From Hyaloraphidium curvatum SAG 235-1 (lineage: Eukaryota; Fungi; Monoblepharomycota): 64,000 nucleotides of DNA. The notes beneath the pieces are model-generated. The model saw only the letters and a program-made list of their open reading frames with translations. It was not told the origin of the DNA and did not search any database. The translations under genes were made by a program, and so were the position numbers. The stretch covers positions 62,001 to 126,000 of the forward strand of contig JAIVFI010000033.1 of assembly GCA_025558095.1 (NCBI GenBank), read 5' to 3'. This document shows positions 10,790-20,557 of this stretch, piece after piece. Every line of letters begins with the position of its first letter. Position 1 is the stretch's first letter.

Positions 10790-12106
10790 TCATTCTAGCT
10801 TCTGCGTCTCCTCCAGCGTCACGGTCCACCCGTCGACCTTTCCCTTCACGACCTCCACCCAATGGTTGACCCGCGCGGCGTCCTTGCCGACGACGGAAAC
10901 AACAACCTTGATCTTCCACGCCGCAGGGTCGATAGGCTGCCCATCCGGGCCCCGGGGAGGCGATTTCGGGTACGAGCCGATCTGCGAAGGACAAAATGTG
11001 AAACAGAACACAATGCCGGGCAGCCGTCATCCCGAACCTTGATGCCATCGGGTTCCGACCTCGCGGCAATGTCCGTCAGCGCGTCCGCAATGTCCGCCTC
11101 GAACATGCTCGTCGCCACCAGCCCCCTCTCCCACGCCTCGGCCGCGGGCAGCTTCGGCATGATGACCTTGTCCACGAACGCGTCCAGCAGCCCGCGGAAC
11201 AGCCGCGGCACGCCGGGAAGCACGGCAACGTTGCCGTTGACCACCACGACGGGGACCCACAGCGCGGGGTCGGGGACGATGTGCTGCGCCTCCAGGCCGG
11301 GGGGGCCGCCCGTGGGGAGCAGGGCCATCCGTTTGCGGGCGGTGGTCATCTCCATCTTCGGCACGCCGGGGTCGAGCGTCGCGTTCCGTTCTGCGGGTGA
11401 TCCGGATTACCGAGCGGCCAGCGGGAAGGCCGGGCACCGCCAACCTTCGAGCCACTTCTGCATTCGCGAGATCGTCGGCTCATGGTACTCCAGGTGGTGT
11501 CCAGGGAACGCGTTGGCAAGCGCCTCGTAAGTAATGTCGTCGTGCGTCGGCCTGTCGACCATTCAGTGAGCGCCCATGCCCGGCGCTGGACAAACGACTC
11601 CCAACACACCCAATGCCGCCACTGAGAACAGAAAGCACATGGTCAAATACTGCAGACGTGGAAGAATCGAGGCCGAAACCCACCTCGTAAACACCCAGGC
11701 GAAGCGCTCGCTGAGATACCGCACTCTCTCGATGATGTCCTCCTGGATGTCGGGGACGACCTCGATTCGACGCAAATCCAGGCCCACGTCGAAGCACTTC
11801 TTTGCCAGATACTGGGCGACCGGCGAAACGACGCGATTCGTTGGAAGAACGGGGAAGAGAGAGCACCGCCGTCAGCCGGACCCGGTTCGGGAGGCGCCGA
11901 GTCCACCGCACGTGCGAGTTGGTGTCCTGCGTCTTCCCGCCGAGCACCTCGTCCCCGATGATCAGGCACGCCACCGTCCGCGGGTCCTTCCCGCCCCCCG
12001 CCGCCGGGTTCATGTCCAGCGGGCGCTTCTTGTACGCGCTCCGCGACGCCGGCCGCGAGAGGTGCGAGGTGAGCTGCGCGAGGCGTGCGAGCCGCGGGGC
12101 CTGCAT
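10790..12106 (-). CDS. Molybdopterin-binding-domain (MoCF/CinA-like) protein, similar to fungal FAD diphosphatase Fpy1 / FAD synthase MPTb domain
   Basis: VACLIIGDEVLGGKTQDTNSH, SGGIG|PTHDDITY, ARKRMALLP, WVPVVVVNGNVAVLPGVPRLF and KIGSYP. Multiple introns. Confidence 0.82.
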
Positions 12107-12573
12107 TGACCGGCGCGGAGGCGCAGGTCCGGGCTGCGGCGCCGCGCCTGGCTCGCGGAGAGATGGGCGATTGAGGTTTGGAAGTGGGATCGGGAGTCGG
12201 GAGCGGCGGAAAGTCGGGCCGCCCGCAGCACATCCCTCACAACCGCCCTCACGCACCAGCGACTTTGGGGAGACGATGGCACAGGCGGACCAATGTGTCG
12301 ACCTGATTGATTGTGCTGACAAGGATCGTGGCCAGCAGACTGGGGCTCTGATGAGGGAGTTGAACCGTCAACGATTCTGCGGGATGGGTTCAAAAAGTCG
12401 CTGTACGGATCAGCGGACTATTCGGATCGGTAGGAAGGCGATGCGGGAGAGCGAAAGCAGCCCCTCGGCGACTTCAGAACTTCGGGATCGAGAAGGGGCC
12501 AAAGCGTCAGGGCGATTGCCCGCGGGACCGCTGCCCCGCCGGTCCGGTCACCGATCCAGCTGCATCCGCGACG

Positions 12574-14751
12574 ATGCCGGCCGACGGCAGCGCCACATCG
12601 CCGTCCTCCTCGCGCGGGCCCCACTTGTTCGCGCCCGCCGACGCGTCTGAGATGGCGCGCGTGCTGGCGGCGGGCGACGAGGACGGCGAGGAGGCCGCGC
12701 TGGAGGCGCCCCCCGTTTTCGGGCGGGCGGCGCGCGGCGGGGTCAAGCCCGAGCCGGTCGACAGCGAGGAGGACCCGGAGCAATCGTTGGAGCTGGTGCC
12801 GCCGGCGGACGGCAGCGATGCGGCCCGGGAGGGCGAGGGGAATGCGGGGTCCCCCGCCAGCCCAAACGGTTCGTTTTCGGACAACGGAGGCGGCCCGGTT
12901 CCGGACGATGCCGGGCAGCCGGGAAGCTCATCGCAAAGAGCTGCACCTAACGAAGGTGCTGCGGCCCCGGCGGTGACGGGCTCGCTGGAGCGGGCCGTTC
13001 TGTGGTTCCGAGACGAGGACCTTGGCGAGAACTTCTTCCCCGGCGTCGAGGTGCCGGAGGGACTCTGGCACACGATACCGGAATCCGAGATGCCCGATGA
13101 GTGCAAGAAGAGTCACAGGCCCAACTCATTCTGCAGGCTCATGCAGAGGCTGACCCGGATCCCTGGCGCCCGGCGGTACGTCCGCTACCACTACGACAAA
13201 CGGTTCGACCCGCCCATCGACGAACTCCTCTATGAGGCCGGCGAATCAAACCCCTGGGAGATCGAGGAGGAGGACGAAAGGGAGCGCAGGCGCCTCCAGA
13301 AGATCCAGAAGCAGGCCATGCGGGAAGGCGACCTCTTCTGGGCCGACCCGGAAATCTACGTCTTTCCCTGCGACCGACAGGAAGCAGACTACGGCGCGGA
13401 GGACGACGATGGCGCCGAGGACGACGATGCCGAGGGCTCTTCGGACCGTGGCTGCGGCAACCGTGACAACGGACGCGAACGCGACCGTGCCCGGACCCGC
13501 GCCTCCCCGCCTGCCCCCTCCTCCTCATCCTCCTCGTCAAGCCCGCTCTTCGGCAACGCTCCCGACCGCTTCGCGCTCAAATCCAAGCGCGGTGCGCCCG
13601 ATCCAGCCCCGGATTCTTCCCCTTCCGCCAAGAAGCCCCGCGTCGGGGCGTCTCGTGCGGACGCGGATTTGGACGACGACGGCGTGATGATCGCCGAGAG
13701 CTCGTCGACCCCCGCGGAACGCGCTAAGCAGCCCGCCGCTGCCGATCCGCCGCCGAGGCGCCCGGCGGCGCCGTCCTCGGAGGTCGTCGAGATCCTCGAC
13801 TCGGACGACGAGCAGGAGGCGCGCAGGCCGAGCATCCGCGCCGCCCGGACGCGGGACGACCGCCGGCCCGCGAACGATCGGCCGCGCCCGGCCCCGCAGC
13901 CGCCGCGCGAACCCGCGAGGCAGGCAAGCCCCGAGCTTTCCCTTTCCCTGCGCGCCCGCTCGCCGCCGACCCCGCAGCGAGCCTCGCCGCCTCCCCGGCG
14001 CCCACCCCCGCGCATTTCCCCACCTTCCCAGCCGCGCCAACGGCGCCGATCCCGCTCCCCCGCGTCGCCAACGGACGACCCGATCCTCTCGGATCCCCCA
14101 CCGCGCCGGCGCCCTCCTTCCGCCGGATCCCGCACGCCCCCTTCCCCTGTCGACGCCTCCGACTCGGAACCCCCCTCCCGCAAGAACAAGGGCAAGGAAC
14201 CCGCACGGTCCGGCCTCCGGGGTGGGAGGGATCGGGACTACAACGAGTCGGACGGGGAAGCGGCGGCGCCTAACAGGAGGAAAAGGGGCGACGCGGAGGG
14301 GGTTCCGTACCGCGAGCCTGCGAGGAGGAAAAAAGCCGAGGACAGGGGCGGGCTGCGGAGGGACAACAAGGGAAGGGTGGAGCTGCACCCGCACCGGGAC
14401 CGGACGCGCGCCCCGGGCCCGGAGGGGGGCGCGGCGCCGGACGGGACGGCGCCGTCGGAGCGCGAGCGCGCGCTGGAGCTCGCCGTCGCGGAGCTGAACC
14501 GCGAGGTGGCCGGCCTGCGCGCCGAGAACGCGCGGTTCAGGATGCAGATGAGGGACATGGCGAGGAGCAGGCCGAGACCGGTGCTGGAGGAGATGCGGAG
14601 GGTGTGGTTGGAGGAGTACGATCCCGCGACGGGCGGGAGGCGGGCGCCGCGGGAGCAGCGTGGCGGGCGGGAGGGGGAGGGGGGGAGCGAGGGCGGCGAA
14701 GACGAGGAGGACCCGGACGAGGGGGAGGAGGGCATGGACGAGGACATGTAG
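12574..14751 (+). CDS. Hypothetical low-complexity, probably nuclear protein (Pro/Arg/acidic, C-terminal coiled coil)
   Basis: 725-aa open frame with a globular-looking segment (LERAVLWF...YHYDKRFDPP), a SIM-like EVVEILDSDDE, basic clusters and the coiled coil LAVAELNREVAGLRAENARF. Confidence 0.6.
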   Translation: MPADGSATSPSSSRGPHLFAPADASEMARVLAAGDEDGEEAALEAPPVFGRAARGGVKPEPVDSEEDPEQSLELVPPADGSDAAREGEGNAGSPASPNGSFSDNGGGPVPDDAGQPGSSSQRAAPNEGAAAPAVTGSLERAVLWFRDEDLGENFFPGVEVPEGLWHTIPESEMPDECKKSHRPNSFCRLMQRLTRIPGARRYVRYHYDKRFDPPIDELLYEAGESNPWEIEEEDERERRRLQKIQKQAMREGDLFWADPEIYVFPCDRQEADYGAEDDDGAEDDDAEGSSDRGCGNRDNGRERDRARTRASPPAPSSSSSSSSPLFGNAPDRFALKSKRGAPDPAPDSSPSAKKPRVGASRADADLDDDGVMIAESSSTPAERAKQPAAADPPPRRPAAPSSEVVEILDSDDEQEARRPSIRAARTRDDRRPANDRPRPAPQPPREPARQASPELSLSLRARSPPTPQRASPPPRRPPPRISPPSQPRQRRRSRSPASPTDDPILSDPPPRRRPPSAGSRTPPSPVDASDSEPPSRKNKGKEPARSGLRGGRDRDYNESDGEAAAPNRRKRGDAEGVPYREPARRKKAEDRGGLRRDNKGRVELHPHRDRTRAPGPEGGAAPDGTAPSERERALELAVAELNREVAGLRAENARFRMQMRDMARSRPRPVLEEMRRVWLEEYDPATGGRRAPREQRGGREGEGGSEGGEDEEDPDEGEEGMDEDM

Positions 14752-14795
14752 CCTTCCCTCTTTGGCAACCGATCTCTCTCTTCCCACGCACCGCA

Positions 14796-16229
14796 TCACA
14801 GCTTCACCCTCCTCCACCCCAGCGCCCCCTCCCCACCGCCCTTGGGCCCGACAAACAGCCCCACGCACCTCGCCGCCTCCGGCCCCCTCCTCCCCGGCCC
14901 CTCGGCGTGCATCGCCTCCGCGGTGCCGAGCACGGAGCTCTTGCGCCCTTGGTTGGAGATGACGCGCGACCGCACGACCATGTAGCTATCTTCCCCCGCC
15001 TCGGGCACGCGGAGCACCGGCACCGCCGGGAACGCAAAGTATATCGTCGCCGTGAACCCGCCCCCGGTCAGGCGGGCGTTGGTGTCCCCGCAGATGTGGT
15101 CCACCAAGGAAAACAGGAACCCGCGGTGCACCTCCCCGCCGCGCGAATCCGACGCGGACCCGGTGCCGAGCCGAACGATTGTGATCCCCTCGGCGTCCTC
15201 GAGCCGCCTCCCTCCCTCGGGACGCGCGCGGTACCGCGACAGGTCGAGCATCTGCCACGCCCGGGTAAACGCGCGCCTCGCCAGGCCCCCCGTATCGGGA
15301 TCCACGTTCGCCGGCTCGTCCTCCGGCGCCGGGTGCGTGGGGGGTTCGGCGCCGAACTGCGTGCCCCAGATGAATCCGCCGCGGAACCCGTCCCGCTCCG
15401 ACATCATCGGGTTCGGCACGACCTCGGGGATGAGGTTCGTCAGCCTGACCGTCGTGCGGGCGTTCCACAGCGCGGAGAGGAAGGGGGGTACGGATTGCGG
15501 CACGGGGGAGGAGGCGTAGAATCCCGTTCCCCGCGCGGGCGAGGCGGGGTGCGGCGGCAGCGCGGCCAGCGCGGGGTCGTTGAAGGGCACACAACCCGCG
15601 GGCAGGTTTGCGGCGTCTTCGGCGGCGACGAGCGTGGCCAGGCCGTACGAGCACAGGTCGTTTGCTGGGAAATCGACCATGACGCACTCGGCCTCGTATA
15701 GCCTGGCCGGCCTGCCGTCGGTTCCCTGCACGGTGCGCACCTCCTTGAGCCTGCACAGGCAGGTGGCCAGCAGAGGCAGTGCCCCCGATTTGATGTAATC
15801 GATCTCCATCTCGAGGAGCCTTGCCCCCTCGCCCCCGCCGGCGAGCGAGACGAGCTGCTCCGCGGCGCGCAGGAACAGCACCGCGCTCACGCCGCCCTGG
15901 GCCTTGCCCCGCGGGCCGGACATGATCGATCCGAGCTGCCACGCGGCCCAGACCGCCCTGCCGCCGGCCCGTTCCTCGGCCCGCGCATCGCGCCGCCCGC
16001 GCTCCGTTGCGCGGAGGGCGACGGCGCTCCCGAACCGCCGCTTGTACTTTGGCCACGCGGCGTGCACCCTCTCCCGCGGCACGGCGAACGCCGCGTGCTC
16101 GCGGACGCGGTTGCGCTGCACCATCGCCCGCAGGAACGAGCGCGGTTCCGGCGGCGCCGAGGCCGACAGCGCGTCCAGCGGCTCCGCGCCGGACGGCACC
16201 AATGCGAGCAGGTCAGCGAAGGAGGGCAT
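14796..16229 (-). CDS. Double hotdog-fold (PaaI/THEM4-like thioesterase) protein
   Basis: Two hotdog-like motifs: MSGPRGKAQGGVSAVL...EMEIDY and GGEVHRGFLFSLVDHICG...FTATIYF. Single exon, start taken at MPSFADLL. Confidence 0.6.
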   Translation of the reverse strand: MPSFADLLALVPSGAEPLDALSASAPPEPRSFLRAMVQRNRVREHAAFAVPRERVHAAWPKYKRRFGSAVALRATERGRRDARAEERAGGRAVWAAWQLGSIMSGPRGKAQGGVSAVLFLRAAEQLVSLAGGGEGARLLEMEIDYIKSGALPLLATCLCRLKEVRTVQGTDGRPARLYEAECVMVDFPANDLCSYGLATLVAAEDAANLPAGCVPFNDPALAALPPHPASPARGTGFYASSPVPQSVPPFLSALWNARTTVRLTNLIPEVVPNPMMSERDGFRGGFIWGTQFGAEPPTHPAPEDEPANVDPDTGGLARRAFTRAWQMLDLSRYRARPEGGRRLEDAEGITIVRLGTGSASDSRGGEVHRGFLFSLVDHICGDTNARLTGGGFTATIYFAFPAVPVLRVPEAGEDSYMVVRSRVISNQGRKSSVLGTAEAMHAEGPGRRGPEAARCVGLFVGPKGGGEGALGWRRVKL

Positions 16230-16420
16230 CGCGGCGGAGGGGCGGGATGCGCCGTGGGATGCGGAGGGAGACGGGGCGGATTCGGCATGCGTCGGGCCGG
16301 CGGCGGCAAGTCGCACCTCCCTCCCAGACTAGCCACGGAAGATGCACAACCAAATGCTTCTATGTACAGTGCATGCATGCGGGCATCGTTTCCAAGTGGT
16401 TCCGAGTGAAGCTGGAGGTT

Positions 16421-17598
16421 CTAGAGTTTCCAATCGAGAAAGTCCGCAAACTCCAGCTCCATCCGGCGCAGCGTCGCCCCCGGGATGGCCGTCGCGTGCG
16501 CCCAGCGGCTGATGGAATGCCTTGCGTCTGCATCGATGGCAGGGGATCAGCTTCGGAGCACCGGCATGCGCACCGGCACGGCGCACCGTCGACGGCCTTT
16601 GCGGCCAGCAGCAGGGAGACGGCCGCCACCGCGTAGTGCGACCCCACCGCGAAGCTCGCCTCGGTCTTGACCCTCCGCCGCAGCTCCCGCACGTACCCCA
16701 TCGCCCGCGACACCACGTACGCCGACGGCCTCGCGTGCGCGAGGAGCCTGCCCAGGTACGCCGCGAAGGCGGGCTGGTCGGAGGAAAAGAGCGTCGGGTG
16801 CCTCACGTGCGCCCCCGCGGCGGAGGGGGGGTACCACGATGCGTAGACGGAGGAGATGATGGTGGAGACGAGGAGGTCGGCGGGGTAGGTGTCGGGAGGG
16901 GGGTGCGTGCAGCACGCGGGGGGGTGCGAGCGCGAGCGGAGGTGCGCCGGGGTTGCGTGCGGGGGCGGGGGGAGCGGGGGGAGGGAAGCGAGCGCGGGTG
17001 CATCGCGTGCAGGGGGGTGCGCTGGAGGAGGGAAGGGGGAGGCGTCCGAGGGGTCGTCGTCCGAGTCGACGCGAGGGGGGGACGCGGGCTCTGGGCGCCG
17101 CAGCCAGCCCGGTGCGGGCGAGAAGCACGTGCTGTCCGGCGAGCCCCCCTCCTCCGAGCCCCCCTCGCCCCCCTCGGGGGCCTCCCAGTCGTCGACGGCG
17201 GTGGCGGAGGACGACGCCGAGCGGCAGCACTCAGCGTCGCCGGGGTGCGGCACCTGCCCCCTGTGGGCGGCGCTACCGGCCTCTCGGGCCAGCAACTGCC
17301 TCGCTTGCGGCACGGGGGCCAGCCCGCGCATGCGGCGGAACCGCATGAGCTCGCGCTTCCAGGGCTCCACCGGAGGGCGGGGTTCGCCCGCCGCGCGGCC
17401 CCCGGCGCGCGCCCTCCGCGTTCCCGGCGAGCCGCCCGCATCGGGACCGTCCGGCAGCGGCGCTACGCGCGCGCCCCCGCGGCGCACGGGCACAAGCGGC
17501 GCGCTCGGCGGGGTGGCCGGCCCGCCGCCCGGCGCCGGAGAGACCGGCCGCACGTCCAGGCGGGCACACCCCGCCGCGCAGTCCGCCAACATGTCCAT
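16421..17598 (-). CDS. Pho80/Pcl-type cyclin (C-terminal cyclin box), paralog 1
   Basis: FAAYLGRLLAHARPSAYVVSRAMGYVREL...SLLLAAKAVD|DARHSISRWAHATAIPGATLRRMELEFADFLDWKL*, with one intron near 16530-16575. Confidence 0.8.
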
Positions 17599-18647
17599 CG
17601 TTCTCCGTGCGGCGCGCTGCTCGTGCGGGCACGGGGAAGGCCGTCCTCAGCGGCGGTTTTGGCTTGGCCGGTGGCACCTCTTCGAGAAGCCGAGGCGGGT
17701 CCTGCGTGGAGGCTGGAGAGGGGACCAACGATCCTTCTTCCCCATATCCCCGAGAAGCATCCGGCGACGCGCGTCCCCTCTTTCCGAGCGGACGATCTCC
17801 CTGGGATGCTCTCGACCCCATCCGCGGCCGCGCTCCGTCCCGCATGCGCAGCCGTCGGTCGACGCGACGCCGGTCGGCTGGCCGCCTGCCACGATTGGCG
17901 GCTCCGTTCCCCGCCCCCCATCCTCGACCGGCCACCGCGGACCGAAGCTGCCCATCGGCCCCGATAGAACGCGTGCCGCGCTCCCTTCGCCTTACACGCC
18001 GTTTGTTGGCGATCTACGCCCCATACGCATTCGCCAAGCCCACGGCAGAATCCGTCCGAACGATTCCCGCCCCCAGCCCCGGGGGAACCCTGCCGCACGT
18101 CCTTCCGCGAAAAGCCGTGACATCCGCGTCCCAGAAGCCATAAACTCCCACGGGCGAGGGATGTTACGGGGTGGAGTACGTGGACACTTCCAACCCTGTG
18201 GGACGGCGGCAAAGCGCGCGGGAAGCCCGCAGCGTCCCTCGATTGATCCAGCCCGCTCCGCCCGCCGCGGGGCGTCGGATCCGGTCCGCGATGCCGTGGG
18301 TTCGGCGGGGGCTACTGTCGGGGTGCGGCGGCTGCGGACGTGGGGTCGGTGCGTGCAGGGAAGGGGTTGAGTCACGCCGATGCGGTCATGGGTCAGGGGA
18401 CCCTGGTCGGCGAGGGGTCATGTGCGGTCCCCCTTTTAGCCCGTGCAGCGCGTGCGTTCTCGTGTGCTTCGGATGCGCGTTGGTTGTATGTTACATTCGA
18501 CGGGGAACGGAGGATGACGCCAAGCATCCGATACGCAATCCTCACGTCCAGGAACGGCCCACTGTGCCCTGAGCCCCCGCACACACCCCCCTGTCCGAGC
18601 CCTCCGTCCAACCTATCCCCCCACGTTCACCCCCGATCCCTCACCAA

Positions 18648-19811
18648 TCACCCCTCCCCTGTTTGGTCCCCCTGTCCGGCGGCAGCGAGGGCCCCCAACC
18701 CGAGCCTCCACCCCACGGCGTCCAGGAACTCCGCCTCGGCCTCGGCGAGCGCCCTCCAAGGGATGCACCACGCGCGCGCAAGGGTCCTCAGTCGCACGGG
18801 GCGGTCTGCTTGATCGGGAGGGGGGCCAGACGTCATTCAGATGCGTGCGCGCGCCAAAGGGGGTTACGAACCGCCCGAGAACTTGCTCGCCAGCAGCACC
18901 GCCGCGCACGCTGCCAAATGCTGATCCTCCCGCAGCCTCCCATGCGCTGCATCCGCGTCCGCATTCCCGCGGGGGAGGAGGTCCAGATACCCGGCGGCCA
19001 GCTCCGCGCATCCTCTCGGGATGGGCAGGCTCGCGAGCGCGCCCCGGATCCGGGCGCGGTCCGGGGGTCCGCGGGGCCGCAGCCGCCCGAGGGCGGCAAA
19101 GAGCACGTCCGCGTCGCCATCCGCATCCGCATCCGCGGCGCCGTCTTCGCGGGGGGGTTCCCCCGCCCCGCAGGTGCACGGTCCGTCCTCGCCGTCGTCG
19201 CTCCCCGCCTCGGTCTCGCTGCCGTCCCATCCGCCCCCGGCATCGGACTCCTCCTCCGAGTCCGGCAGCACCTGTTCCCCGCCGGGGATCTCGACGCACG
19301 TCGCGGCGGACGTCTGCCCCGCACCGGGCACGAACGGCCCCAGCCGGGCCTCCCACTTGCCCTCCGCCCCCCCGCCGTCGCCCGGCCGCCCCGGCACGGC
19401 CCCGTCGGCTTCCGCCCGCCAGGCAAGGCACCGCCGCCGCTCGGCGTCGAACTCCTCGTCCGTGCTCAGCGGCCCAGCGTGCCCCGCCCGGAACATCCGC
19501 AGCGCCCTCCGCCAGGGCTCCTCCCCCCTCCCTGGCCCGTCCGCACCGACGCGGCGCGGCATAACCCCTCCGTGCTGTTCCATGTGCTGTCGGCCGTGCC
19601 GGACCCCCGCTTGGCCAAAAGACCCCGTCGGCACGGCGGACCGCGCCGACCCCGAATCCCCGGCACCCCGCAAAGCGTCGCACGCCCGCGCACCCGGCGC
19701 GTGCGGGTCGGTTTCCCAAGCGCTCCCTTCGGCTGCCGCCGGGTGCCCGCTCGCCGGGGGGAAAGGGGCAAGGTGCGTCCCGCGGGAAGCCTCCGCAATC
19801 GAGGGATCCAT
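18648..19811 (-). CDS. Divergent Pho80/Pcl-type cyclin, paralog 2
   Basis: RIRGALASLPIPRGCAELAAGYLDLL...AAVLLASKFSG|DRPVRLRTLARAWCIPWRALAEAEAEFLDAVGWRL. The intron sits at the same position as in paralog 1. The start is uncertain (19811 or 20045). Confidence 0.65.
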
Positions 19812-20557
19812 CTCGCGGCGGGAAAGCGGCGGACCGGATGGGTCTCCGTTCCCCGAACCCGCGCGACGGCCGGACCGGCTGGAGCCCGCGGAACGGGCCG
19901 GTGGTTTGGGACGGTGATGTATCGACGCCCCCGGGCCCGGATCATGCGACGGAGCGGGAGCGGCGGGCGTCCGAGTTGCCGCCCCGTCGGCCGCCGCGAT
20001 CGATCCCACGGGACGCCCGGGGGGCGGGAGCGGCGCATGCGGCACCAGGGCGTCGTACGGATCGGGCTCTCCCGATGTGTCCGCAGATACCGCTTGGTCC
20101 GGACCGGCTCCCCACGGCGGATGCGCCCACCCCGCGGGCAGGCGGACGAATTGTCGGCGGGCGGCGGTCCGTCAACGCCGCCCGAGCCTAACGCGCATCC
20201 CAGATCGCAGGCGAGCCAAAACCAGCACCACAGTCCGCGCCAAAACGGGACACGTTGAGTTTGGCTCGGCCGGTCCCACCGATGCGCGCGACCAGGGACG
20301 CTCGGACCCTTGGCGGCGCGGGCAACTTTGCTTGTAACTCTAACATCGCCGGCCGTCCCACACGGCCAGCTCGTCACGTCGACCTTGAAACCGCGGTCAT
20401 TTTGAAGCTGTCTATACCCCCCGAAGCCCACATGATAGATGCGAATCCCGTGCACGAAAATCCCGATCCGATTTCTTCCTTGTTCCCCGGCTTTCCCGGT
20501 CTCCTCCTCCATTCCATGTCCTTGTCGTTCCTCGCCCCCCGGCTCCCCCCAACTCCA

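Noticed and set aside
1-12106. BVMO + PMI-ROK + GPAT + Trx + MFS + Fpy1 as a metabolic gene cluster
   Set aside because: There is no backbone enzyme or cluster regulator and no coherent shared pathway. The adjacency is explained by high gene density.
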